64,000 nucleotides of DNA from the NCBI GenBank assembly GCA_963847445.1, contig CAWJZV010000030.1, positions 320,001-384,000 on the forward strand, read 5' to 3'. The position numbers and the translations under genes were made by a program. The first letter of the stretch is position 1. Every line of letters begins with the position of its first letter. Source of the stretch: an uncultured delta proteobacterium (GTDB lineage Bacteria; Desulfobacterota; Binatia; UBA9968). This document shows positions 31,172 through 42,089 of the stretch, piece by piece. The notes beneath the pieces were generated by a model. It did not search any database and was not told where the DNA came from. It was given only the letters and a program-made list of their open reading frames with translations.

Positions 31172-31879
31172 TTGCGCCTAATCGTTAACCAGCTCGCCAA
31201 AGCCTATGGCTACTTGTGGGCGCTGCGCCCCCTCGATCTCGAACTCGTGCCCGGCGAGTTCGTCGCCCTGCTCGGCCCCAACGGCGCCGGCAAGACGACG
31301 CTGCTGCGACTCCTGGCCGGCCTGTCCACGCCAACGGCCGGGAGCATCGAGCTCGACGGCAAAACCCTCGCTGCAAATTCCGCCACCCTGCGCGGCCAAA
31401 TCGGTCTGCTCGCCCCGGCCGACCATCTCTACGATCAACTTACGGTTTTAGAAAACCTCCGGTTCTTCACCGCGCTTTATGGCAAAGAGCACCAAAGGCA
31501 CGCCTTGGCGGCAGTATTGGAAGAAGTCGGCCTGGCGACCCGCGCCGATGAGTTCACCGGCAACCTTTCGGCCGGCATGAAATGCCGCCTGTCCATCGCC
31601 AAATGGCGCCTGCTCGAACCCGGCTTACTCCTCCTCGACGAACCCTACGGCGTCCTCGATGGCAGCGGTGTCGACCTGTTGGAAGAATTCTTACGGCAAC
31701 AATGCGCCAAGGGTCGCATCGTCATCATGGCTTCCCATCATGTGTCGCGCGCCGTCAACCTGTGCAGCCGCGCCCTGGTGCTGCATCAGGGACGGTTGAG
31801 TTTTAACCAGGCCAAGCAGGTCCCCTGGCCAAGTTTCGATCGCGCCTTTGGCGAATTTTTACCCCGCGGCGGCCTATGA
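31172..31879 (+). CDS. ccmA: Heme exporter ATP-binding protein
   Basis: GPNGAGKTT, LSAGM, LLLLDEP; operon context. Confidence 0.9.
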   Translation: MRLIVNQLAKAYGYLWALRPLDLELVPGEFVALLGPNGAGKTTLLRLLAGLSTPTAGSIELDGKTLAANSATLRGQIGLLAPADHLYDQLTVLENLRFFTALYGKEHQRHALAAVLEEVGLATRADEFTGNLSAGMKCRLSIAKWRLLEPGLLLLDEPYGVLDGSGVDLLEEFLRQQCAKGRIVIMASHHVSRAVNLCSRALVLHQGRLSFNQAKQVPWPSFDRAFGEFLPRGGL

Positions 31880-32553
31880 TCCTGCTCCGCCAGACATACT
31901 TGCTGTTGTCGAAAGACTTGCTGATCGAGCTGCGCCGGCGCGATAGCCTGTTGACGATGTTTTTTTTCGGCACGCTGCTCTTGTTCGTCTTTCACTTCGC
32001 CTTCGATTTGCCGCCGGACAAGATTGCCGAGCTGGCGCCGGCTCTTCTGTGGTTGGCATTTTTGTTTACCGGAACTTTGGGCTTAGCGCAGCTGTTTCAA
32101 GCCGAACGAGACAATCATTGCTTGGACGCGTTGCTGTTGTCGCCGCTCGACCGCGGCGCGCTGTTTTTAGCCAAGACCGGTTTTAATTTCGTCCTGATGT
32201 TTGTCGTCGAACTGGTGGTCATCCCGCTGTTCTGGGTTTTATTCAACTTGTCCGCCTGGAACTTGCTACCGCAACTCTTTTTGGTAACTTTACTGGGCAC
32301 GGTGGGCTTTTGCGTTTTAGGCACGATTACGGCGGCGATCACGTTGCGCGCCCGGGCGCGCGAACTGCTATTGCCCCTGGTCTTGTTTCCCTTGATGATT
32401 CCGGTAATCCTCGCCACCATTCGTTGCATGGAAAGCATTATGACCACTGGCGGCATGACCGCAGCCATGCCATGGCTGCGGCTGCTCACCGGCTTCGATG
32501 TAATTTTTTTGACCATCGGGATTTTGATCTTTGATTGGGTGATCGAAAGCTAA
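31876..32553 (+). CDS. ccmB: Heme exporter permease
   Basis: KDLLIELRRR, LLLPLVLFPLMIPV. Confidence 0.92.
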   Translation: MILLRQTYLLLSKDLLIELRRRDSLLTMFFFGTLLLFVFHFAFDLPPDKIAELAPALLWLAFLFTGTLGLAQLFQAERDNHCLDALLLSPLDRGALFLAKTGFNFVLMFVVELVVIPLFWVLFNLSAWNLLPQLFLVTLLGTVGFCVLGTITAAITLRARARELLLPLVLFPLMIPVILATIRCMESIMTTGGMTAAMPWLRLLTGFDVIFLTIGILIFDWVIES

Positions 32554-32555
32554 TC

Positions 32556-33263
32556 ATGGCGCAGTCCACGGCAGCGGTAAAGAAACGCAAAGGCATCCTC
32601 GGCGGCTTGGCTTTGCTCGCCATCATCGCCGGACTTTGCTGGAGTTTGTTCGTAGCACCGCCCGACGCCTATCAGGGTGAAGTGCAGCGCATCATGTATC
32701 TTCACCTGCCGAGCATTCTGACCGCCTATCTTTCCTATTTTCTCGTCTTCATCGGTAGCGGCATGTATCTGTGGAAGCGCGAGAAGAAAGACGACCTGCT
32801 CGCCCACGCCGCCGCCGAATTGGGCGTCCTGTTTACCGCGCTGACCATCGTCGAAGGCTCGATCTGGGGCAAACCAACCTGGGGCGTCTGGTGGACTTGG
32901 GATGCCCGGCTCACTTTGACGGCAATCCTGCTGCTGATTTACGCCGGTTATTTAATGCTCCGTTCGCTGATCGATGATGAGCAGCGCGCCGCCTCGGCGG
33001 CGGCGATTTTGGGCATCATCGGCTTCCTCGACATCCCGCTGATCCACATGTCGGTCTACTGGTGGCGCACGCTGCACCAGCCACCGTCGATCCTGCGGCC
33101 TGACAAAAAGCCTTGGGAAAATGTCCATCCCGCCATGCTCACCGCCCTGGCCATCAGTTTTGTCGGCTTTCTGCTGCTCTATTTCTACCTATTGTCGCTG
33201 CGCTATCGGGTCGGCGAGATGCGCCAAGAGATCAAAGCGCTGCGCCTGGAGCGAGGTGCTTGA
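32556..33263 (+). CDS. ccmC: Heme exporter CcmC
   Basis: RIMYLHLP, WGKPTWGVWWTWDARLT, WWRTLHQ. Confidence 0.95.
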   Translation: MAQSTAAVKKRKGILGGLALLAIIAGLCWSLFVAPPDAYQGEVQRIMYLHLPSILTAYLSYFLVFIGSGMYLWKREKKDDLLAHAAAELGVLFTALTIVEGSIWGKPTWGVWWTWDARLTLTAILLLIYAGYLMLRSLIDDEQRAASAAAILGIIGFLDIPLIHMSVYWWRTLHQPPSILRPDKKPWENVHPAMLTALAISFVGFLLLYFYLLSLRYRVGEMRQEIKALRLERGA

Positions 33264-33418
33264 TGGGACCCTGGGGATTTGTTTCATTGGCGTATGGAAT
33301 TGTTTGCGCCGTCATCGTCCTGTATTGGTTAATATTGAAGCGCCGCTATCGTCAGGCCGAAGCGGAGCTCAACCGGTTGAAGTCCTCGGAGGCGGTTAAT
33401 AGCCATGACAAAGGGTAA
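33263..33418 (+). CDS. ccmD: CcmD small membrane protein
   Basis: MGPWGFVSLAYGIV..., one TM and basic tail, between ccmC and ccmE. Confidence 0.75.
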   Translation: MGPWGFVSLAYGIVCAVIVLYWLILKRRYRQAEAELNRLKSSEAVNSHDKG

Positions 33419-33848
33419 AAGATTCCTAATCGGCGGTGTCGTCATACTCGCCGCGCTCGCCTACATCATCTACGGTGGCATGCAGCAGGCGCTGGTGTAT
33501 TTCAAAATGCCGTCCGAGCTCCGCGCCGAAGAAAGCGCTATGAAGGGCAAGTTCGTGCGCATGGGCGGCATGGTGGTCAAAGGCTCCATGGAAAAAGATT
33601 TGCAAAATCTCACCTACAAATTCCAAATCACCGACGGCGGCACCAGCTTCCCGGTCTATTTCAAAGGCGTGCCGCCGGATCTGTTCGTTGAAGGCAAAGG
33701 CGCCGTGGTCGAAGGGCGGGTCGAAAGCGACGGCGTGTTTCACGCCACCACGATCATGGCCAAGCATGCCGAAGACTATAGTCCCCACGCCGACGGCAAA
33801 AACGCCAGCAAAAGTTTTATTCCCGCCCAGGAAGCCGGCGCCAAGTGA
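33405..33848 (+). CDS. ccmE: Heme chaperone CcmE
   Basis: PDLFVEG, MAKHAEDY (HxxxY). Confidence 0.95.
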   Translation: MTKGKRFLIGGVVILAALAYIIYGGMQQALVYFKMPSELRAEESAMKGKFVRMGGMVVKGSMEKDLQNLTYKFQITDGGTSFPVYFKGVPPDLFVEGKGAVVEGRVESDGVFHATTIMAKHAEDYSPHADGKNASKSFIPAQEAGAK

Positions 33849-35839
33849 CCGCGAGTATCGGTCATAGCTCGATCGTCATCGCGTTCATCGCTGCGCTGAT
33901 CGGCATCATGAGTCCGATCGTCGCCGCGCGCTCGGCGGGAGATCGCTTTCGCATGGTGGCGGGTTACGCGATCTTGGGCCAATTCGTTTTCGTCACAGTA
34001 GCCGCTGTCGCCCTGATCTATGGTCTGATCGCCACCGACTTCTCGATCAAGTACGTCGCGTCCAATACCACCCGCGCCACGCCGGTTTACTATCGTGTCA
34101 CCGGGCTGTGGGGGGCGCTTGAAGGCTCGCTCTTGCTCTGGGAATGGATACTGATCATCTTCGCCGGCATCGTCGCTTGGGTCTACCGCCAGCGCCACCA
34201 TGAGATGATGCCCTGGGTGATCATGATCTTCTCCATCGTCTCGGCGTTCTTTCTTGGCGTCATCGGTTTCTTGTCCAACCCCTTTGAAACCATTTTTCCG
34301 ATCCCTCTCGACGGCCGCGGTTTGAACCCGCTGCTCGAAGACGCCAACATGATGACCCACCCGCCGCTGCTTTACACCGGCTTCGTCGGTCTCACGGTGC
34401 CCTTCGCCTTTGCCATGGCGGCGTTGATCGTCGGCAAGTTGGATGAAGCCTGGGTGGTCAGCACCCGCCGCTGGACGATCACCGCGTGGTTTTTTTTGAC
34501 GGCGGGCAATCTCGTCGGCGCCTGGTGGTCGTATCATGTGCTCGGCTGGGGCGGTTACTGGGCCTGGGATCCGGTGGAGAACGCCGCCTTCATGCCCTGG
34601 CTGCCGGCCACGGCATTCTTGCATTCGATCCAAGTCCAAGAGCGCCGGCGCATGCTCAAAGTGTGGAATCTGGCGCTGATCATCGTCGCCTTCAGTTTGA
34701 CCATCTTCGGCACCTTTCTCACCCGCTCGGGAATCATTTCATCGATCCACGCTTTTTCATCGGGCCCGGTGGGCGGTTTTTTTCTGGGCTTTCTCGCGTT
34801 CATCCTATTGGGTTCCTTCGGCCTGCTCGCCTACCGCGCCGATCTTTTGAAGGAACAGCCCGAGCTCGATTCCATGGTCAGCCGTGAGTCGGCCTTCTTG
34901 CTCAACAACATCGTGTTGGTCTCCGCTTTGTTCACGATCTTTCTCGGCACGATCTTTCCGCTGATCTCCGAAGCCGTCGCCGGCACTCAGGTGAGCGTTG
35001 GCGCGCCCTATTTCAACTCGGTCACCGTGCCGTTGTTTCTCGTCCTAGTATTTCTCATGGGGGTCGGACCGATGATCGCCTGGCGGCGCGCCTCCTGGGA
35101 TAATCTTAGACGGAACTTTCTCTGGCCCGCCGCGGCGTCGCTAACCTTCGGTTTGTTGCTATTTGTTTGGAAGGTGAAAGACTTTCTGCCGCTGTTGGGC
35201 TTTACCCTGCTCGCCTTCGTCGTTTCCTCGATGCTCTATGACACCGCGCTCGCGCTGCGCGCCCGCAAGCGCATTGCCGGCGAAGGCATCCTGCGCGGCC
35301 TGATTACCCTGACCCGGCGCAACCAACGGCGCTACGGCGGCCTGGTGGTCCATCTCGGCGTGGTCTTGATCATGATGGGCATCGCCGGCTCGATGACCTA
35401 CAGCAGTGAAAAAGACGCCACGCTCGCGGTCGGACAATCCCTCGATATCGGCAACTACAAGGTGCAATTCGAAGGGCTCAAGGGCTCGCAGCAGCCGACC
35501 CATTTCCGCGTCGAAGGAGTCTTTCGCGTGTTTCACAATGGCAGCGACGAAGGCATCGTTACCCCGGCGCTAAAATTCTTCCCAACCCAGCAGTCGCCCA
35601 TCGGCCGCGCCGTCCATCAGAGCAGCTTGAGCGAAGATATTTATTTAATCCTCTCCGGCTTCAGCGAAGTGAACCGCAACCAAGCCACGCTCAAAGTCCT
35701 GGTTCGCCCGCTGGTGATCTGGATGTGGATCGGCGGTTTCGTCATCGCCTTCGGCACAATCATCTGCCTGGTCCCCATGGGCACAGTGAAAGCGCAAGAA
35801 GATTGCCATGCCTACCCCACAGTTTGTCGCAATTTGTAA
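33845..35839 (+). CDS. ccmF: Cytochrome c heme lyase
   Basis: WGALEGS, HPPLLY, WGGYWAWDPVEN, SIHAF. Confidence 0.96.
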   Translation: MTASIGHSSIVIAFIAALIGIMSPIVAARSAGDRFRMVAGYAILGQFVFVTVAAVALIYGLIATDFSIKYVASNTTRATPVYYRVTGLWGALEGSLLLWEWILIIFAGIVAWVYRQRHHEMMPWVIMIFSIVSAFFLGVIGFLSNPFETIFPIPLDGRGLNPLLEDANMMTHPPLLYTGFVGLTVPFAFAMAALIVGKLDEAWVVSTRRWTITAWFFLTAGNLVGAWWSYHVLGWGGYWAWDPVENAAFMPWLPATAFLHSIQVQERRRMLKVWNLALIIVAFSLTIFGTFLTRSGIISSIHAFSSGPVGGFFLGFLAFILLGSFGLLAYRADLLKEQPELDSMVSRESAFLLNNIVLVSALFTIFLGTIFPLISEAVAGTQVSVGAPYFNSVTVPLFLVLVFLMGVGPMIAWRRASWDNLRRNFLWPAAASLTFGLLLFVWKVKDFLPLLGFTLLAFVVSSMLYDTALALRARKRIAGEGILRGLITLTRRNQRRYGGLVVHLGVVLIMMGIAGSMTYSSEKDATLAVGQSLDIGNYKVQFEGLKGSQQPTHFRVEGVFRVFHNGSDEGIVTPALKFFPTQQSPIGRAVHQSSLSEDIYLILSGFSEVNRNQATLKVLVRPLVIWMWIGGFVIAFGTIICLVPMGTVKAQEDCHAYPTVCRNL

Positions 35840-35866
35840 TCTTGAATTTGCAATGTGGAATTTGTC

Positions 35867-36433
35867 ATGCCCGTACGTCGCTTAACCATCACCCTGCTGA
35901 TCATTGCCCCGATCCTGGCGCTGTTGGCCTACGGCTTCACCCGCGACGCCAAGTACATCAAGTCGCCGCTGCTGGCCAAAGCCGCGACGCCATTCTCGGT
36001 CACCCTTTATGACGGCAGGAAGGTTACGCTGGAAGATTACCGCGGCAAGGCGCTGTTCTTAAATTTTTGGGCGTCCTGGTGTGCGCCCTGCCGCGCCGAA
36101 GCCCGTGATCTCGAAGCCGCCTGGCAAAAGATCAAAGACAAGGACATGGTCTTTCTCGGTGTCGCTTTGCAGGATCTCGACGACAACGCCAAAGCCTTTT
36201 TGCAAGAATTCAACGTCACCTATCCCAACGGCCGCGACGAGTCCGGCAAGATCGCCGTCGACTACGGCACCTGGGGCATCCCGGAAAGCTTTTTCATCGA
36301 CCCGCAGGGGCGCATTACCTATAAGCATGTCGGCGCCATCCGCGCCGCGCTGGTGCTGACCAAACTCGATGAAGCGGCCAAAGGCATCGCCAGCGCCCAG
36401 GAAGGCCGCGGCGATTATCAGGGAGTGCGCTGA
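35867..36433 (+). CDS. ccmG: CcmG/DsbE thiol-disulfide oxidoreductase
   Basis: NFWASWCAPC, GIPESF. Confidence 0.88.
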   Translation: MPVRRLTITLLIIAPILALLAYGFTRDAKYIKSPLLAKAATPFSVTLYDGRKVTLEDYRGKALFLNFWASWCAPCRAEARDLEAAWQKIKDKDMVFLGVALQDLDDNAKAFLQEFNVTYPNGRDESGKIAVDYGTWGIPESFFIDPQGRITYKHVGAIRAALVLTKLDEAAKGIASAQEGRGDYQGVR

Positions 36434-36438
36434 CGACG

Positions 36439-38067
36439 ATGCGCTATCCTAGGTTGTTGCTGCTTTGTCGTTCTGGGTCGTGTTCTTCCAACCGCTCCAT
36501 GCGGCGTCCACCACCGACGAGATCGAAGACCGCACCCGGGAGATCTCAACCGAACTGCGCTGCGTCGTCTGTCAAAATCTTTCCGTCGCCGACTCGCCGT
36601 CGGAGATGGCCCAGCAGATGCGCGCCATCGTCCGCGAGCAAGTCCAAGCGGGCAAGAGCACCGAGCAGATCAAAGAATTCTTCGTCTCCAAATACGGCGA
36701 TTGGGTCTTGCTCAGGCCCAAAACCACCGGCGTCAGCGCGCTGCTGTGGATATTGCCCTACGTCGTACTCGTTTGCGGTATGATTGCCGCGCTATGGTTC
36801 ATTCGCCGCTGGACGACAAAAAAACCGCCCGCCGAAGTTCCCACCAGCGAAAGCCTGGCCGCAAACCAAACCCAGCGTGACTCGCTGCGGGAAGAATTCC
36901 AGCTACCGGATATCGACGACGAGACCGAGCGCGCCCAACTGCTGCGCGGGCGCGGCCATGTGCGCGACGAACTGAACGAGTTGGAGTTCGATTTTCAATC
37001 CGGCAAATTGTCGCAGGCCGATTACACGCAACTGCGACAAGAGATTGAAAGCAAAGGTGTCAGTGTGCTGCAACAGCTGAGTGTCCTGCCCGCAGCGCCG
37101 AAAGTAAAGCCGCCAGACATGAAGGCTAAAGCGCAGAAAGACACGGTCGCGCAAAGCCGTTTCAAGCGCTGGCAACTGATCGGCGGTGGCGTGTTTCTCT
37201 TGCTCTTCGGTCTCACCCTTGGCGTCATGCTGACCCAATCGATCCGCCCGCGCCAGGGAGAGGGCGACACCATGACCGGTGATTTCATGACCGGCACGAC
37301 GCCCATGAGTGGCGCGGCAGGCGCAGCCATGGCCGAAGGCAAACAAGCATTCCAACGCCAAGAATTTCCCAAGGCCATCGAGGCTTTCAAGCAAGTCCTC
37401 GATGCCGATCCGGCTCATCCCGAGGCGCATAGCTACATGGGTTTCATTCTCATGCAGGCTGGCCATGGCGACGGCGCGCTCATGGCCTTCGATAAAGCCC
37501 TTGCGCGCGCGCCCAATTTTCCCATGGCATTGTGGGGCAAAGGCATGGTGCTGTACCAGGACAAAAAAGATTTTGCCGGCGCCCGAGAGATTTTCGAGAA
37601 GCTCTTGACAATCGTGCCACCCGGCGAAGAGCGAAATGAAATCACCAAAATCTTGGCGAGATTCCGACAACCGGCGGCCCAGCCAAACCGGTTCAACCCG
37701 TCGCAGCGTCATCCGGCCAGACAATCGCCGGCACAATCACCGTCGATGCGAAAGTTGAAATCGAACATCGATCCCAACGCCGCACTATTTATCATCGCCA
37801 GACCCGCCGGCAACCCAGGCGGCCCGCCGCTAGCCGTCAAGAAAATCGACAAACCGAAGTTTCCGCTGCAATTACTCCCTCAGCCAAGAGAACGTCATGA
37901 TGCAAGGCACGCCGTTCAGCGGCAAGATCAACCTCACCGTCCGTTTAGACAAAGACGGCAACCCGACCAGCCGCGGCGCCGGCGATCTCACCGGCGAATA
38001 CAAGAAAAATCCCGCGGAGGTGGGCGTGAAGAACGTGGATATCGTGATCGATCAACTCATGCAGTAA
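36439..38067 (+). CDS. ccmH: CcmH-CcmI (TPR) fusion, several frameshifts
   Basis: LRCVVCQN, TPR region, C-terminal LFIIARP...PPLAVKK / VRLDKDGNP...DIVIDQLMQ* (stop 38067). Confidence 0.85.
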
Positions 38068-38144
38068 CCCTGCGTGTCCCTTCGGTGAGGAATTGACCCG
38101 CTGGAAAAACACGCGACAGCTATTTCGCGGCAAGGTGGTTTGCC

Positions 38145-38693
38145 ATGGCAGAATCTGATGTGTTACTGGACGCCTTCACACGGGTTTACGAATCGCTGCA
38201 CCGCACCTTGGCTGATCTCAGCGAAGCGGAACTGATCCAAGAGCCGCATCCGCCCATCGGCTGGCTCGCCTGGCGGCTTACTCGAGTCATGGACAGCAAT
38301 GTGTCGCGGCTCTCCGGCCGGGAGCAACTTTGGATCGGCGAGGGTTGGGCCGCTCGATTCAGCATGCCGCCTTTGCCCGCCGACTTTGGCCGATCGGCCG
38401 CCCACACACGCGCGCAAGTGCGAGTCTTTCGCGCCTCGGCGAAACTGCTTCTGGCGTATCACGATGCGACCTACGCGCGAATGAAGGGGTACCTCGAAAC
38501 GCTCTCCCCCGAAGATCTCGCGCGGCAGCTTGACGAGCCCCGGTTTCAACCGTTGCCGACAGTCGCCGTGCGCCTCGTCAGCGTGCTGGAAAATGCCATG
38601 ACCAATCAAGGCCAGATCAGCTACTTGAAGGCCTATCACCGGCTCGGCGGCTGGTTTCCGCAGGAGGCTAAGGATCCCGCCAGCGTTCGTTAG
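38145..38693 (+). CDS. DinB-superfamily protein
   Basis: PIGWLAW, EQLWIGEGWAARF, VRLVSVL...GQISYL. Confidence 0.7.
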   Translation: MAESDVLLDAFTRVYESLHRTLADLSEAELIQEPHPPIGWLAWRLTRVMDSNVSRLSGREQLWIGEGWAARFSMPPLPADFGRSAAHTRAQVRVFRASAKLLLAYHDATYARMKGYLETLSPEDLARQLDEPRFQPLPTVAVRLVSVLENAMTNQGQISYLKAYHRLGGWFPQEAKDPASVR

Positions 38694-38862
38694 TGCATGG
38701 AATCAACTCGATGCTTGATTAATCAATCTCCCATCCATGGCGCTAATGGATTCATTCATGGCGGACTGCTGCGCGGCTTAGATTTTTTTCGACCGCCGCC
38801 ACGGGCAATCGTTGCAACCCAAGCGCGCCAACTGGCAATTAGTCTTATTAACGGAGGAACAG

Positions 38863-39942
38863 GTGGCTAAACCGACCGTGCGCCGTCAGACCAAGTATGT
38901 GGCTTTGACCAAGGCGCAGTTTCGCGAGCGCTTCTTTGCGCGCTTCTACGACCCGGCCTTCGACGAAGTAAAGCTAGAATTGGAGAAGGTTTTCGAGAAA
39001 GCTTGGGACGGCTACATTGTCTACCGTAAGTCACCACGTAAAATACCCGCGGGTAAGGGCTTTGCCGATCCGAGATTCGCGCTGCCGATCGAGTGGCTCG
39101 ATACCCGCGCGAAGATTCTGGCGGCGGCGAAGCGCCAGAAAGATCCCAAGTCACCCTCTCGTATCCTGATCGTCAACGGCTCGACCCGCAGCGAGCACAG
39201 CTGTCCGGGTGAGGTTTCCAAAACCCGCCGCCTGGCGCAGCAGGCGCAGAAGACAATCGAATCCTTGCGCGGCTTCGAAGTCGATTTTCTCGACCTGTCG
39301 ACCCTCGCCGACGAGCCGTACAAAACTATTTTCCCGTGCAAGGCCTGTGTTTCAACGGCTATGCCGCTCTGTCATTGGCCCTGCTCCTGTTATCCCAATC
39401 ACGCCATGGGTCAGGTCAACGACTGGATGAACGAGATTTATCCGCGCTGGGTGGCCGCCCATGGCGTGATGATCCTCTGCCCAGTGCATTGGTATCAGGC
39501 ACCCGCTAGTTTGAAGCTCATGATCGATCGGCTTGTCTGCGCCGACGGCGGCAATCCCGATCCGACGACCACGAAAGGGAAAAATCCGCTATTGGCAAAG
39601 CAGCTTGAGCTCAAAGGCTGGAGCTATCCCAAGCATCTCGCCGGGCGTGCGTTCTCGGTGATCGTCCATGGCGACGCCGCCGGCCCGGAAACTCTCCGCC
39701 GCATGTTGACCGATTGGCTCACCGATATGGCAATGGTTCCCGCCGGTGCAACGGCGCTGATCGATACTTGGGTCGGCTGGTACCAACCCTACGCCACCAG
39801 TCACGACGATCTCGACAAAGATAAGGCCTTATTCGCCGAAGTGGGCAACGCCGCCTTGGCGCTCGCCAATATGATAAAACTCATGCGCACGGGAAAGTAT
39901 CATGCGCCGGACGAAAAGCTGCGTGACCCGCGGAAGAAATAA
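38863..39942 (+). CDS. Flavodoxin-like / NADPH-dependent FMN reductase family (Cys-rich)
   Basis: RILIVNGS, CKACVST..CHWPCSC, PVHWYQAP..LKLMIDRL; GTG start after GGAGG. Confidence 0.85.
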   Translation: MAKPTVRRQTKYVALTKAQFRERFFARFYDPAFDEVKLELEKVFEKAWDGYIVYRKSPRKIPAGKGFADPRFALPIEWLDTRAKILAAAKRQKDPKSPSRILIVNGSTRSEHSCPGEVSKTRRLAQQAQKTIESLRGFEVDFLDLSTLADEPYKTIFPCKACVSTAMPLCHWPCSCYPNHAMGQVNDWMNEIYPRWVAAHGVMILCPVHWYQAPASLKLMIDRLVCADGGNPDPTTTKGKNPLLAKQLELKGWSYPKHLAGRAFSVIVHGDAAGPETLRRMLTDWLTDMAMVPAGATALIDTWVGWYQPYATSHDDLDKDKALFAEVGNAALALANMIKLMRTGKYHAPDEKLRDPRKK

Positions 39943-39992
39943 ACCGCAGCGACCGAGATTGAGCGGCGCTCATGCCCAACCGGCGATTGTTT

Positions 39993-40892
39993 TCATTCAC
40001 CCCGTACCACCAGAACCGGATCGTCGGCGTGACGCACGATTTTTTCAGTGACGCTGCCGAGTATCCAGCGTTGGATGCCGGAGCGGCCATGGGTCGACAT
40101 GGCGATCACTGCGCCCGGCGCCGTCTGCGCGTAGCTGATTATTTCGTTGGCGGCTGCGCCTTCGATCGTTAGAACCGACACCGTCCGCACGCCCTCGCCA
40201 ACCAGAAAATCTTCTTTTACTTTGAGATAGGCGGCCGCTTCCCTGCGCGCATCCTCGCGCATCTCGTCGTAGTCGGGCAGGTAAGCTTCGCTGCTAACGT
40301 ACGCTCTCGCGGGAAACTCGAAAGCGCGAATCAGTGTCACCTCGACGTCAAGCGCTCGCGCCCAACGGCAAACGGTCGGCAGTATCTGCTCCGCCAGCGG
40401 CGAACCGTCCAGGGGGACGACGAGCGAATTGATGATCCGCTGCGGCGATGTCTTCGCCGCCGCCGCCCGCACCAGGAACAATGGATTGGTTGTGCCACGC
40501 AGCACCTTCTCGGCCACACTCCCCAACAACCAGCGCTTCGCCCCTGAGCGACCGTGGGTCGCCATGGCGATCAGGGTATCGCGCTCCTGACGGGTGCTTT
40601 CAAGAATGGTTTCCGCGGGTGTGCCGCGAATCATCCGGCACTCGGTCGCCGCGTGGGAGAAGCGCTTGGCGACATTTGCCAAATACTCCGCGCACTTCTT
40701 TTCCTCGGCAACGATGATGCTGTCCATCTGGCGGACTTTGTCCGGCGCCACATGGGTCGTCATCGCGCCGATATCGATGACCGACAGCAGCTCCACCGAG
40801 GTCTTGAATCCGGCAGCAAACGCCTCAACGTAGGGCAGCACCGCTTCCGCCGTTGCCGAACCGTCCAACGGCACCAGGATTTTTTTATACAT
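39993..40892 (-). CDS. Universal stress protein (tandem USP domains)
   Basis: Two copies of (I/V)VPLDGS and MxTHGRSG..RW.LGSV.EK. Confidence 0.93.
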   Translation of the reverse strand: MYKKILVPLDGSATAEAVLPYVEAFAAGFKTSVELLSVIDIGAMTTHVAPDKVRQMDSIIVAEEKKCAEYLANVAKRFSHAATECRMIRGTPAETILESTRQERDTLIAMATHGRSGAKRWLLGSVAEKVLRGTTNPLFLVRAAAAKTSPQRIINSLVVPLDGSPLAEQILPTVCRWARALDVEVTLIRAFEFPARAYVSSEAYLPDYDEMREDARREAAAYLKVKEDFLVGEGVRTVSVLTIEGAAANEIISYAQTAPGAVIAMSTHGRSGIQRWILGSVTEKIVRHADDPVLVVRGE

Positions 40893-41476
40893 CTTGGCCT
40901 CCTTGCCATTACCAATAGCCAAATATCGCTACGACTCCACCATGCCACCAACAGCTTTCCGATAAAAGCTCGGCTCGAATCTCAGGTCAGCGTTCCCCGC
41001 CGTAGATGCGGCGAGGAGCCGTTGCCTATAGAAATCGCGCCGGGCCGTGGTGGTCGCTTGCCGCAATCCTGGTGGCTGACTGCTGTGGCCCGGCATCTGG
41101 CCTCGACTGCGGGAAAACGAGGTAAGCAGAACAAATTCATTTCTGCGACAACGGCTGTGTACACTTGATCTGCCAGCCAATGAGCGTCCCCTTAGGAGAA
41201 TGACAGCCCGTCCGCCACCAACGCGGCTGCGCTCGACGATCTTGCCGATCACGTCCCGCCTCTTCGTATGCTCTGCCACGTCGCGTTACGACGCGATCTG
41301 CATGGCTAGGCATCAAGCTGGCGCCACGTTGAAGCAATTTTAAGAAGATCAAGTAATTCTAAGAATGGGAACGGGTTAAGGTCGCGTTCCTAAACTCTAG
41401 AGAGACTTACCGGGCAGTAACCCCATGAGTTAGCAATATCGCTCGCCAAACATGCGCTTGGCATTTACTTTGAGAT

Positions 41477-41492
41477 TGGCGCGCGGCTTGCT
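41477..41492 (+). promoter_or_regulatory. Sigma54 (-24/-12) promoter candidate
   Basis: TGGCGC-N5-TTGCT about 60 nt upstream of ORF 41553. Confidence 0.55.
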
Positions 41493-41552
41493 TCGTTATA
41501 CCGTTGCGCAGTGAGAAACGACTAGCGACACGCAAAAGGAGATGCCCCGAAC

Positions 41553-41825
41553 ATGGCCCCGACAACCCCCTGGTCAGTAACCCCCTCAGGCAGCGAAAAA
41601 AACGGTTCGGCGAAGAAGAACTATAAGACGGTGCCGGAAAACTACAAAGTCCTATCCGACACCAAGTACCACAAGGTCGTTGCCGACCTGGAAGCCATTC
41701 TGTTGGATATCAGTACCGACGGCGTAGGCATCAACACACCGGACGGCAAGATTAGCGAGTCTTCCCTAAAGAACTGGGCCGCGTCCCTGCGAGATGCGCT
41801 GGAGACCCTGTCCAAGGCCCAGTGA
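41553..41825 (+). CDS. Hypothetical protein (90 aa)
   Basis: AAGGAG RBS, ATG, protein-like composition. Confidence 0.6.
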   Translation: MAPTTPWSVTPSGSEKNGSAKKNYKTVPENYKVLSDTKYHKVVADLEAILLDISTDGVGINTPDGKISESSLKNWAASLRDALETLSKAQ

Positions 41826-42089
41826 ACCAGACCTCCTTCAAATATCATCGGACTCCGGATGCCCCCGCTGGTGGCTGACAGCGCGCCTCGGTGCGCGTGC
41901 ACTATCGATCCGGCGCAGAGAACCTTTCGCCGGCTAAGCAACCGGCAACACCTCGACGCTGTCCGTCTGATCCCCAACCTCCCCGATCTCCAATGCGCAT
42001 ATAGTCCGCGGCCAAGTGGCTTAGAGAAAGATCGCGCCCCGTCGGCAATCGCAGCCGCAAGCACCCCGATCCCTTAGGCGGTGATCGCT

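Noticed and set aside
31172-38067. ccm operon as novel
   Set aside because: Standard System I; CcmH-TPR fusion is well known
38716-38727. TTGATTAATCAA as FNR box
   Set aside because: Spacing is N2, not the N4 of TTGAT-N4-ATCAA; only a 12-bp palindrome
41859-41868. ATGCCCCCG as second att copy of tRNA-Arg 3' end
   Set aside because: Match of about 9 bp is too short to be significant
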